Shown here one piece after another: positions 31,534 through 39,956 of a DNA stretch of 64,000 nt; within the stretch, counting starts at the first letter, position 1, and the number at the start of each line of letters is the position of its first letter. Position numbers and translations under genes: made by a program. The stretch is taken from assembly GCA_963848295.1 (NCBI GenBank), contig CAWKDB010000002.1, positions 704,001-768,000 on the forward strand, in the 5' to 3' direction. The notes beneath the pieces are model-generated. The model searched no databases. It worked only from the letters and a program-made list of their open reading frames with translations, and was not told the origin of the DNA. Origin of the DNA: an uncultured delta proteobacterium. Its GTDB lineage: Bacteria > Myxococcota_A > Polyangia > Haliangiales > Haliangiaceae.

Positions 31534-31570
31534 CATCGTGTACGGTGCCCCCAACCGGAGGGATGACGTG

Positions 31571-32473
31571 ATGAGAGACCACCAAGATGCGGCGATGCTC
31601 AAGCGGCTACGTGACCAGCTCAAGGTCCATACGCTCGCGACGAAGCTCCAGCAGAGTGCGAAGGCTCAGAAGGAGCTCGCGTTCTATCCCGCGCACGACG
31701 CGCGCAAGGTAACGCCGGAGTACACCCGCGCGCACGAGCACCTTACGATCGCGCTCGATCTGCCGTGCAACGTGTGCGGCGTCCGGCACTCGACACTCGG
31801 CGATGCGAAGCACAATCGCTACGGCGCCAAGGCGATGGAGACCCATCACAGCGTGATCGGTTGGGCGCTCGCGCACGCGGTCGACGCCGATCGGTTCAAC
31901 CACGCGATCCTGCCGAACCTGCGCCATCGTCACGGCGCGCGCAACGAGTACCACTCGCCGTTCACCCAGAAGCAAGTCGCCGACTGGATCGACCACCACG
32001 AGGACAACCTGTCGGTGCTGTGCGATGTCCATCATCGTGGCAAGCACCTCGGCGTTCACGAGTCGCCGATCGCGGGTGCCGTCGATCTGCTGCGCGCGGA
32101 CTTCGCGACGTACGTCGAGTCGCAAGTAAAGCAACTCGCCGACGAGACGAAAGCGGCGAAGGCCGCGGCCAAGCTCGCCGCGAAGGCGCCGGCTGCCGCG
32201 AAGACGCCTGTCGCCGCGAAGGCTCCCGCTGTCGCCGCGAAGGCTCCGGCTGTCGCTGCGAAGGCGCCGACGGTTGCCAAGGCCAAGCCCGCCGCCGCTC
32301 CCGCCGCCGCGGCCGCGAAGATCGGCAAGCCGGTCGCGATCACGAACGGCAAGCACGCCGCCCCGAACGGCAAGCCCGCTGCGCTGAGCGTCAAGCCGAA
32401 CGGCAAGCCCGCCACGCCGAAGGCCAAGCCGGCCGCGAAGCCCGGCAAGGCGCGCCCCGCAGCCCACGCGTAA
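31571..32473 (+). CDS. HNH/zinc-finger-like domain fused to an Ala/Lys/Pro-rich histone H1-like tail
   Basis: CNVC, ETHH, DNLSVLCDVHH..G.H; C-terminal AAKAP repeats; SD GGAGGG. Confidence 0.65.
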   Translation: MRDHQDAAMLKRLRDQLKVHTLATKLQQSAKAQKELAFYPAHDARKVTPEYTRAHEHLTIALDLPCNVCGVRHSTLGDAKHNRYGAKAMETHHSVIGWALAHAVDADRFNHAILPNLRHRHGARNEYHSPFTQKQVADWIDHHEDNLSVLCDVHHRGKHLGVHESPIAGAVDLLRADFATYVESQVKQLADETKAAKAAAKLAAKAPAAAKTPVAAKAPAVAAKAPAVAAKAPTVAKAKPAAAPAAAAAKIGKPVAITNGKHAAPNGKPAALSVKPNGKPATPKAKPAAKPGKARPAAHA

Positions 32474-32479
32474 GCTGAC

Positions 32480-32517
32480 TTGACAACCATGATGTCACAA
32501 TGACATCTTGGTTGTCA
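32480..32517. promoter_or_regulatory. Double MarR-type operator overlapping a sigma70 promoter
   Basis: TGACAACCATGATGTCA-caa-TGACATCTTGGTTGTCA: 17-bp inverted arms (1 mismatch), each TGACA-N7-TGTCA; TTGACA at 32480-32485. Confidence 0.8.
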
Positions 32518-32960
32518 TGAAGCCAACCGCCGAGCAGAACGCGTTCGACGAGCTGATCGAGGAGCTGCGCGCGCTGTGGTTCGCGCTCCGTGCGGCGTCG
32601 GCGCAGATCCACGCCGACATCGAATGCACCGCGATCGAGCGCGGCGCGATGTTCGATCTCTTGCAACTGGGGCCGCAGACCGTGCCCGCGATGGCGCGCG
32701 CCCGCGCGATCAGCCGCCAGGCGATGCAGAAGACGATCGATCGGCTCGCCGCCCGCGGCTGGGTCCACGACGAGCCGAACCCGGCGCACGAGCGATCGGC
32801 GCTGATCGCGTTGTCGCCCGCGGGTGGCAAGATCCTCGCGGACATGCGGGCGCGCGAGGTCGCCGGCATCGCCGGGCTCGAGCTCCCGGCGCCGGCCGAG
32901 CTCCGTCGTGCCGCGCGCGTGCTCGCGACGATCCGCGCGCAGCTCGGAGCGCCGCGATGA
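32517..32960 (+). CDS. MarR family transcriptional regulator
   Basis: GPQTVPAMARARAISRQAMQKTIDRL..RGWV...NPAHERS..I.LS..G winged helix. Confidence 0.9.
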   Translation: MKPTAEQNAFDELIEELRALWFALRAASAQIHADIECTAIERGAMFDLLQLGPQTVPAMARARAISRQAMQKTIDRLAARGWVHDEPNPAHERSALIALSPAGGKILADMRAREVAGIAGLELPAPAELRRAARVLATIRAQLGAPR

Positions 32961-33476
32961 TCGCGTTCCGCGACGAGCTCTACGACGGCCAGTTCTTGCG
33001 CACGCTCGGCCATTGCACGTACGGAGGAGGCGTTCGTGCGCGCTGGCGTCGCCCAGCCGATCGAGATCGCATTCGAGGGCACCACCCTCCCCGGTTACTT
33101 CGCGAGCGGCAGCGGCGGGCCGGACCTGCCCCCGGCCGGCAGCGACGCCGAATGGCGGCGCGGATCGATCGACGGGCGACGTCCGCTCGTGATCTCGGTC
33201 GGCGGCTACGATTCCACCGCGGAAGAGTCCTACTTCTGGAACGCGGCGGCCGCGACCGCGCGCGGGTATCACTGCGTGATGTTCGACGGGCCGGGCCAGG
33301 GCTCGCTGTTGATCGAGCGCGGCGAGCCGTTTCGTCCCGATTGGGAGTTGACGTGTGACAAGGACTACATCCGATTCACCGCGGCCGAGGGTACGGGCGG
33401 CCACTGCGAGAGCGGCGCTCGCTCACTCGTTCACGAGCGCGTATTCGATTGGCTGGACCATCAGTTATCTGCGTGA
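32957..33476 (+). pseudogene. Alpha/beta hydrolase remnant with two internal deletions
   Basis: MIAFRDELYDGQFLRTLG..YGG, frame change near 33027 to IEIAFEGTTLPGYF...GGYDST.EE...FDGPGQG...RPDWE, then direct jump to C-terminal FTAAEG..GHCE; no GxSxG nucleophile. Confidence 0.8.
33114..33176 (-). repeat. Single copy of the 57-bp in-frame palindromic element
   Basis: ggcagcgacgccgaatggcggcgcggatcgatcgacgg has 3 mismatches in 38 nt versus the reverse complement of the 45.4-kb unit; encodes GSDAEWRRGSIDG. Confidence 0.8.
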
Positions 33477-33531
33477 TCGCCGTCGTTGTAGCCGAAGGTC
33501 CGATCGGCTAGGGTCGCTCGAGGGGTGCGCC

Positions 33532-35385
33532 ATGAGACTAGCTGTCGTCGTTGCGATCATTAGTGTCGTTGGTTGCGGTCCGTCTGGCCGCAACGACCAC
33601 GGACCATGCAGTGGCAGCGCCATGCAATGCGTCGGTAACGAGCTGGAGACCTGCCAGGACGGGACATTCCAGGACTCGCAGACGTGCCCGAACGCGTGCA
33701 GCGACATGCTCGGGTGCGTCCTGTGCGTGCCAGGCACCGGCACGTGCAACGGCAATATCTCCACCGCGTGCAACGCCGACGGCTCCGGCTACGACATGGT
33801 CACGTGTGATCCGGTCGAAGGCGAGAGCTGCGACCAGACGATGGGCGTATGCACGGGCGCGTGCTCGCCTGCAGCCCTCGGCCAGAGCTACATCGGTTGC
33901 GATTACTACCCGACGGTCACCGGCAACATCGTCGGCGACAACTTCGACTTCGCGGTCGCGATCTCGAACACCTCGGGCGACGTCGCGATGATCACGATCG
34001 ACGGAGGCGCGCTCACGACGCCGATGATGGTGACCGTCCCCGCGAACAGCTTGCTCGTCCAGAAGCTGCCGTGGCAGCAGGCGCTGAAGATGTGCAACGA
34101 CGCCGACACGCCGGAGACCGGTGGCTGCGATGACATCGCGCCGCCCGAGCCCGGCATCGTCGCGAAGGGCGCGTACCACCTGCGCTCGAACAACCCGGTC
34201 ACCGTCTATCAGTTCAACTCGCTAGAGTACAGCATCGATGGTGGCGTGGACTTCTCGTTCAGCAACGACGCGTCGCTGATGCTCCCGACCAACGTGTGGC
34301 GCAACAATTACTACGCGGCCGCGCTCGGCGGGCTCGCCGGCGTGAACCCGAGCGAGATGGCGATCACCGCGATGCAGGATGGCACGTCGGTCACGATCAA
34401 CTCTCGTGCGACGACCGACGCCGCACCCGGCATCCAGGCTTTCGCGATCGGCACGCCGCAGACGATCACGCTCAATCAGGGTGACGTCGTCGAGCTGACG
34501 AGCAACGGCGACCCGGCCGAGGAAGACGTGACCGACTACGACTTCACGGGCTCGCAGATCATGTCCAGCGCCCCGGTCCAGGTGATCAGCGGCCATTACT
34601 GCGCGGACGTACCCGATAACCCGCCGGTCGCCGCGTGCGATCACATGGAAGAGTCGATGTTCGGCGTCGACGCGCTCAGCTCGACGTACATCGTCAACGC
34701 GCCGGCCGTCACGACCGAACCGTCCGGCAAGGTCGAAGTGATCCGCGTGATCGCGACGCAACCCGGCACGACGCTGACCTACAGCCCGGCCCAGGCCGGC
34801 GCGCCGACCACGATCGCGAACGCCGGTGGCTTCATCGAGATCGACAACAACTCGGCCAGCTTCATGATCACTGCGAACGAGAAGGTGATGGTCGCGCAGT
34901 ACATGGAGGGCCAAGACGCCGACGAGGCCGGCACCGGCGATCCGGCGATGGCCCTCGCGGTCCCGGTCGAGCAGTTCCGCACGAGCTATCTGTTCCATGC
35001 GCCGGTCAGCTACGACAGCAACTACGTCGATGTCACGGCGCCGACCGGCGCGAACGTCATGCTCGACGGCATGCCGGTCACGTTCAACGCGATCGGCACG
35101 ACCGGCTACTCGCTCGGCCGCGTCAACCCGCTCACCGCCGGCCCGAACGGCGATGGCTCGCACAACATCACCGGCGACATGCCGTTCGGCATCACGGTCT
35201 ATGGCTACGGCCAGTACACGAGCTACTGGTACGCTGGCGGTCTCGACCTCAGCACGATCGTCATCGCGCGCGAAGGTCCGACGAAGGCGCCGGTGACGAA
35301 CACGGCGACGGGTCCCGCATCGCCACCGCGGAGCCGACCGTCGCGTACGACACCTGTCCCGACGGCGCCGGCAGCTCGGCACTGA
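33532..35385 (+). CDS. IgGFc-binding-domain lipoprotein (myxobacterial type)
   Basis: Lipobox VVGC, Cys-rich repeats, SYIGCDYYP, VTVYQFN, SNDASLMLP, CDHMEE, GDPAM, YTSYWYAGG. Confidence 0.85.
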   Translation: MRLAVVVAIISVVGCGPSGRNDHGPCSGSAMQCVGNELETCQDGTFQDSQTCPNACSDMLGCVLCVPGTGTCNGNISTACNADGSGYDMVTCDPVEGESCDQTMGVCTGACSPAALGQSYIGCDYYPTVTGNIVGDNFDFAVAISNTSGDVAMITIDGGALTTPMMVTVPANSLLVQKLPWQQALKMCNDADTPETGGCDDIAPPEPGIVAKGAYHLRSNNPVTVYQFNSLEYSIDGGVDFSFSNDASLMLPTNVWRNNYYAAALGGLAGVNPSEMAITAMQDGTSVTINSRATTDAAPGIQAFAIGTPQTITLNQGDVVELTSNGDPAEEDVTDYDFTGSQIMSSAPVQVISGHYCADVPDNPPVAACDHMEESMFGVDALSSTYIVNAPAVTTEPSGKVEVIRVIATQPGTTLTYSPAQAGAPTTIANAGGFIEIDNNSASFMITANEKVMVAQYMEGQDADEAGTGDPAMALAVPVEQFRTSYLFHAPVSYDSNYVDVTAPTGANVMLDGMPVTFNAIGTTGYSLGRVNPLTAGPNGDGSHNITGDMPFGITVYGYGQYTSYWYAGGLDLSTIVIAREGPTKAPVTNTATGPASPPRSRPSRTTPVPTAPAARH

Positions 35386-35426
35386 CCAGCGCGACGCTGC
35401 TGCCAACCCCTGCGTGGGACGTCAAC
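35303..35426 (+). repeat. Diverged copy of an internal segment (36001-36127) of the downstream IgGFc gene
   Basis: Manual alignment: about 18 substitutions in 124 nt plus a 3-nt indel. Confidence 0.85.
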
Positions 35427-35431
35427 TGACG

Positions 35432-37147
35432 ATGTTCGACCTACCGCGGATCACCCTCGTCACGGTCGCGCTCGCGGCTTGTGGCCCGACCGCGCGCGGC
35501 CACGGCGATGGCGGCGGTGGAGGTGGCGGCGGCGGCGACGCCTGCGGCCCGTCGTGCTCGGCCGATCTGCACGACGTGCTCGACTGCGGCGGCAACGTCG
35601 TCCAGACCTGCGGTCAGGACCAGGGCTGCTCGATGGGCGCGTGCGTCGACGCGTGCCAGTCCGCGGCGGACAACAAGAGCTCGATCGGCTGCGACTACTA
35701 CTCGGTCGAGCCCGACACGATCATCCCCGGGCAGTGCTTCGCGGCGTATATCGCGAACACCTGGACATCGCCGGTCACGATCACGGTCGAATACGGCGGC
35801 ACGCAGCTGCCGATCGACGGGTTCGCGCGGATCCCGAGCGGTCAGGGCCAGGCGCTGACCTACGCGCCGCTCACGAACGGCATGCTCCAGCCTAACCAGG
35901 TCGCGATCTTGTTCCTCGCACGCAACAGCGGCATCGCGTGCCCGGCCGGCGTGACGCCGGCAGTGTCGACCGCCGACGGCGCGGTCCACGGCACCGCGCT
36001 CGGCGAGGCGTTCCACATCACGACCTCGGAGCCGACCGTCGCGTACGACATCTATCCCTACGGTGGCGGCAGCTCGGCGTTGACCAGCGCGACGCTGCTG
36101 CTGCCGACGTCGGCGTGGGACGTCAACTACGTCGCGGTCGATGCGTTCACGAAGTCCACGATCACGAGCGGCCAGCCGTTCACCGAGCTGGTCGCGCTCG
36201 CCGACAACACCCACGTCACGATCCGGCCGACCGCGGCGATCACCGCGGGCACCGGCGTCGCCGGCGCGGCGCAAGGCGTGGGCACGGTCTACGCGCTCAA
36301 CGCCGGCCAGTTCGTCCAGTTCACGCAAGACGCCGAGCTCACCGGGAGCCCGATCACGTCGGACCAACCGGTCGGCGTGTGGGGCGGCGCGAGCTGCCTC
36401 AGCATCGACGTCAGCATCGCGGCGTGCGACGGCGCGCATCAGGAGATCCCGCCGGTCAAGGCGATGGGCAACCACTACGCGGCGGTGCGCTATCGCAATC
36501 GGTTCGCCGGCGTCGAGGAGACTGTGCCGTGGCGGATCGTCGGCGGCGTCGACGGCACGACGCTGACCTACGAGCCCACGATGCCCACCGGCGCACCGAC
36601 CACGCTGAGCGCCGGCCAGCTCGTCCGGTTCGACGCGCCCGGCCCGTTCACGGTGCAGAGCCAGGACGCCGATCACCCGTTCTACATGTCCGCGCACATG
36701 AGCGGCTGCGAGACCTACGGCGCGATCGGCGACTGTCGCGGCGATCCCGAGTTCGTCGACATCGTCCCGCCCGAGCAGTACCTGCCGGCGTACACGTTCT
36801 TCACCGATCCGACCTATCCGGAGACCAACCTCGTGCTCACGCGGATGCAGAAGAACGGCTCGTTCGCCGATGTCACGGTCGACTGCGCCGGCGTGGTCAC
36901 CGGCTGGACCGCGATCGACGCCGCCGACACGATCGAATACACCCGGCTCGATCTCGTCACCGGCAACTTCGCGTCGGTCAACGGTTGCAACAACGGGCTC
37001 CACGTCGCGTCGAGCGCGCAGCCGTTCGGGCTCACCGTCTGGGGCTGGGGCTCGGCGGCGAGCACCGGGTTCAGCTCGCAAGCGGTGAGCTACGCGTATC
37101 CCGCGGGCGCGAGCGTCCGCCCGATCAACAACGTCGTGATCGAGTAG
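35432..37147 (+). CDS. IgGFc-binding-domain lipoprotein, paralog 2
   Basis: Lipobox LAAC, poly-Gly, SSIGCDYY, TSATLLLPT, CDGAHQEIPP, GDPEF, VSYAYPAG. Confidence 0.87.
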   Translation: MFDLPRITLVTVALAACGPTARGHGDGGGGGGGGGDACGPSCSADLHDVLDCGGNVVQTCGQDQGCSMGACVDACQSAADNKSSIGCDYYSVEPDTIIPGQCFAAYIANTWTSPVTITVEYGGTQLPIDGFARIPSGQGQALTYAPLTNGMLQPNQVAILFLARNSGIACPAGVTPAVSTADGAVHGTALGEAFHITTSEPTVAYDIYPYGGGSSALTSATLLLPTSAWDVNYVAVDAFTKSTITSGQPFTELVALADNTHVTIRPTAAITAGTGVAGAAQGVGTVYALNAGQFVQFTQDAELTGSPITSDQPVGVWGGASCLSIDVSIAACDGAHQEIPPVKAMGNHYAAVRYRNRFAGVEETVPWRIVGGVDGTTLTYEPTMPTGAPTTLSAGQLVRFDAPGPFTVQSQDADHPFYMSAHMSGCETYGAIGDCRGDPEFVDIVPPEQYLPAYTFFTDPTYPETNLVLTRMQKNGSFADVTVDCAGVVTGWTAIDAADTIEYTRLDLVTGNFASVNGCNNGLHVASSAQPFGLTVWGWGSAASTGFSSQAVSYAYPAGASVRPINNVVIE

Positions 37148-37912
37148 TCAGCCGACCCGCTCGGCCGGCGACGCGACGACGACGGAGACCGGGACGTGAT
37201 CGGAAGGCTCCGTCCGGTCGGGCAAGATCGTGTCGTCGGTGAGCCGACCGCCCGCGAGCGCCTGGGTCTCGAGCTCGGAGCTCGTCAGGACGAAATCGAT
37301 TCGACGCGCGCGGCCGTTCGTGACGCAGGTCGGGGCGTCGCTCGCGGCGTGCGGATCGCGAAACCCCGCAGCGGCGAACCGCGCGATCACCTCGTCATCC
37401 GCCGTGACGTTCAGGTCGCCGCAGATCACCGCACCGGATCCACCGGGGCGCTCGCGAGCCGCGGCGAGCAACTCGCCGGCCTGGCGAAGTCCATGACGCG
37501 CGGGAGCTGGCGTGGCAGGCGGGTCCCACTTGAGGTGCGTGTTCGCGATGGTCAGGCCACGGAGACGAACGACGAGCGCGACATGGTCGCTACCGTCGCT
37601 GTATCGAACGACCCGGACGTCCTCGACGGCCTCGTCGCGAGCCACGAACGTCGCACATCCGTCGGGCTTCCCGCCGGCTTTCTGCGCCCAGTGTCCGACG
37701 AAGCTCCGCGCCAGCGCTCTCTCGATGTCGTCGAACGCCGAACGCTCGACCTCCTGAAGGCAAAGCACGTCGCCTCGAAGGCTCGCGACGCGCTGCACGA
37801 CGAGCGCACGTCTCGTCGCGGGGTCCAGGGCAGCGTCGGGACTCTTCGGGTAATACGATCGCCGGACGTACGCGTCGGCGAGGATGTTCCAGGAGACGAT
37901 GGTTCTTCGCAT
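37148..37912 (-). CDS. Endonuclease/exonuclease/phosphatase family (CCR4/nocturnin-like)
   Basis: SWNILA, LCLQEV, NTHLKW, CGDLN, RIDF, PSDH. Confidence 0.9.
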   Translation of the reverse strand: MRRTIVSWNILADAYVRRSYYPKSPDAALDPATRRALVVQRVASLRGDVLCLQEVERSAFDDIERALARSFVGHWAQKAGGKPDGCATFVARDEAVEDVRVVRYSDGSDHVALVVRLRGLTIANTHLKWDPPATPAPARHGLRQAGELLAAARERPGGSGAVICGDLNVTADDEVIARFAAAGFRDPHAASDAPTCVTNGRARRIDFVLTSSELETQALAGGRLTDDTILPDRTEPSDHVPVSVVVASPAERVG

Positions 37913-37921
37913 GCGAGATCG

Positions 37922-38734
37922 TCAGCGCGGGCGCAACCAGTCGGGGAGCGGCTCGTTCGCGCCGAGGCAGCGGCCGGTCTCCGCGAGGGCGATGCCATCG
38001 TGCATCGCCGCCGCGGTGGTCACGAGCGAGGGCTCGGCGTCGAGCATCGTCGCGCTCAGCGAGATCACGACGTCGGCATCGTTCGCGACGAGGACGGCGC
38101 CGGTCTTGTTCGCGCGGTGCCAGCTCGCGCGCTGATCGACCACGACGCCATACGCCGGCGCGGCGGTCTTCGCGGTGCAGCGCAGGCTGTCGCGCGCACG
38201 CTCGAACGAGGGGTAGCCCGCGGTCGAGAGCAACTGCACGACGCGACCGCCGCACGTGCCGAACGTGACGGTCGTGAACTGTGCGTTCCCACGGATCGTG
38301 AACTCGAGCGCGGGCGCACCGGCGAGCGTCGCGGTCTTGTGACCGACGACCGAGCCGCCGAGCGCGTTCGCCATCTGCGTCGCGATCACGAGCGCGCTGT
38401 CCACGTCGGGGAGCTCGCCCGGTTGCCAGGTCGCGCCCCAGTCCAGTGAGAGCGCCGAGCCTTCACGGTCGTCGCCAGTGATCGTGAGATCGACGGGCAC
38501 CTCGAGCGACATCCCGGGCAGCTCGACCCGGTGCCAGTCGTCCACGACCGCCGGCGCGTAGTCGGAGTGCGGATACTCGGGGACCGGCCCGGGCTCGTCG
38601 TGCTCGGCCCCGCTCGGCCGATCGTTCATCACACCGGCGATCACGAACACGACGACCGACGCGGCGACACACGCGCCGAGGACGATCAGCGGGATCAGCG
38701 AGGTCGGCTTGCGGCCGCGAAACTGATCGAACAT
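37922..38734 (-). CDS. Hypothetical membrane-anchored protein
   Basis: N-terminal TM (LIPLIVLGACVAASVVVFVIAG); ATG immediately follows the kinase stop. Confidence 0.6.
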   Translation of the reverse strand: MFDQFRGRKPTSLIPLIVLGACVAASVVVFVIAGVMNDRPSGAEHDEPGPVPEYPHSDYAPAVVDDWHRVELPGMSLEVPVDLTITGDDREGSALSLDWGATWQPGELPDVDSALVIATQMANALGGSVVGHKTATLAGAPALEFTIRGNAQFTTVTFGTCGGRVVQLLSTAGYPSFERARDSLRCTAKTAAPAYGVVVDQRASWHRANKTGAVLVANDADVVISLSATMLDAEPSLVTTAAAMHDGIALAETGRCLGANEPLPDWLRPR

Positions 38735-38735
38735 G

Positions 38736-39956
38736 CTAGCCGAGCGCCGCGGCGTCCGCGAAGGCCTTCGCGCTGGCCGGCCGATCGTTCGGGCTCTTCT
38801 GCAGCGCCGCAATGATCGCGGTGTCGAGCGCGGGCGGACAGTCCTTGCGCAGATCGTGGGGCGGAACCGGCGTCTCGGAGATATGCGCGAACCCGATCGC
38901 GATCGCGTTGTCGCCGGAGAACGGCGGTCGACCGGTCACGACGTGATACGCGAGCGCGCCGAGCGAGTAGACGTCGGTGCGCACGTCGACCGGCTTGCCG
39001 CGCACTTGCTCGGGCGCCATGTAGTTCGGCGTGCCGAGGATCGCGCCGGTCGCGGTCAGGCCGTCGCCCGCGGCGGTCGTCGCCAGGCCGAAGTCGATGA
39101 TCTTGACCGCGCCGCGCTCGCCGACGAGCACGTTGCCCGGCTTGAGATCGCGATGGATGACGCCGGCCGCGTGCGCGGCTTCGAGGCCGACGCAGACCTG
39201 GCCGAGCACGTCGGTGACGTCGCGCACCGGCACGAGCCCACGCTGCGCGATCACCTCGGTGAGCGTGCGTCCGGCGAAGTACTCCATCGAGAGATACAGC
39301 AGGCCCGGCCGCGCTTCGCCGAGGTCGTGGATGCGGATCACGTTCGGCGAGCTGATCTTGCGCGCCGACGACGCTTCCTTGCGGAACCGCGCGGCCATCG
39401 CTTGCTCGTCGGCGGCGAACGCGCTCGAGATGACCTTGAGCGCGACCAGCTCGCCGAGCACTTCATCGTCGGCGAGATACACCGCGCCCATCCCGCCTTT
39501 GCCAAGCAGGCGCTGGATGCGATAGCGGTTCGCGAGCACCTGGCCGGGCTCGAGCGTCGTCGAGGTCGAGGTCGGGCGATGGCCGACCGCGGTCGCGGTG
39601 CGATCGAGCGGGTTCGCCGGCTCGGGGGCCGGCTTGCCGTCGCCGGAGGGAGGCGTCTGGGTCGGCGCGGTAGCCGAGACGACCGGGGTCACGACGATCG
39701 AGCGCTGCTCGTCGACCAGCTTCGCGAGCTTCTGGTTGAGCTCGAAGTCGACCGAGCACACGATCGACTCGAGGTTCTCGACGCGCTCGCGCAGGAGCTT
39801 GTTCTCGTCGAGCAGCTTCTGCGAGCCAGCGCCGCCGGTCTTCGCCTCGAGCTCGAGCTTCTTCTCGCCGATGCGCTGGCGATACCTGATGTACGACACG
39901 GCCGGCCACGCGCCGAACACGCCGATCCAGAACACGATGCCGGCGATGCCGTCCAT
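38736..39956 (-). CDS. Membrane-anchored Ser/Thr kinase with N-terminal TM and PspB/PspC-like coiled coil
   Basis: TM, LRERVENLESIVCSVDFELN, then GKGGMG, HRDLKPGN, DFG, MAPE. Confidence 0.88.
   Translation of the reverse strand: MDGIAGIVFWIGVFGAWPAVSYIRYRQRIGEKKLELEAKTGGAGSQKLLDENKLLRERVENLESIVCSVDFELNQKLAKLVDEQRSIVVTPVVSATAPTQTPPSGDGKPAPEPANPLDRTATAVGHRPTSTSTTLEPGQVLANRYRIQRLLGKGGMGAVYLADDEVLGELVALKVISSAFAADEQAMAARFRKEASSARKISSPNVIRIHDLGEARPGLLYLSMEYFAGRTLTEVIAQRGLVPVRDVTDVLGQVCVGLEAAHAAGVIHRDLKPGNVLVGERGAVKIIDFGLATTAAGDGLTATGAILGTPNYMAPEQVRGKPVDVRTDVYSLGALAYHVVTGRPPFSGDNAIAIGFAHISETPVPPHDLRKDCPPALDTAIIAALQKSPNDRPASAKAFADAAALG

Noticed and set aside
35303..36127. Diversity-generating retroelement TR/VR pair
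   Set aside because: Mismatches are not adenine-specific, there is an indel, and no reverse transcriptase is in the window
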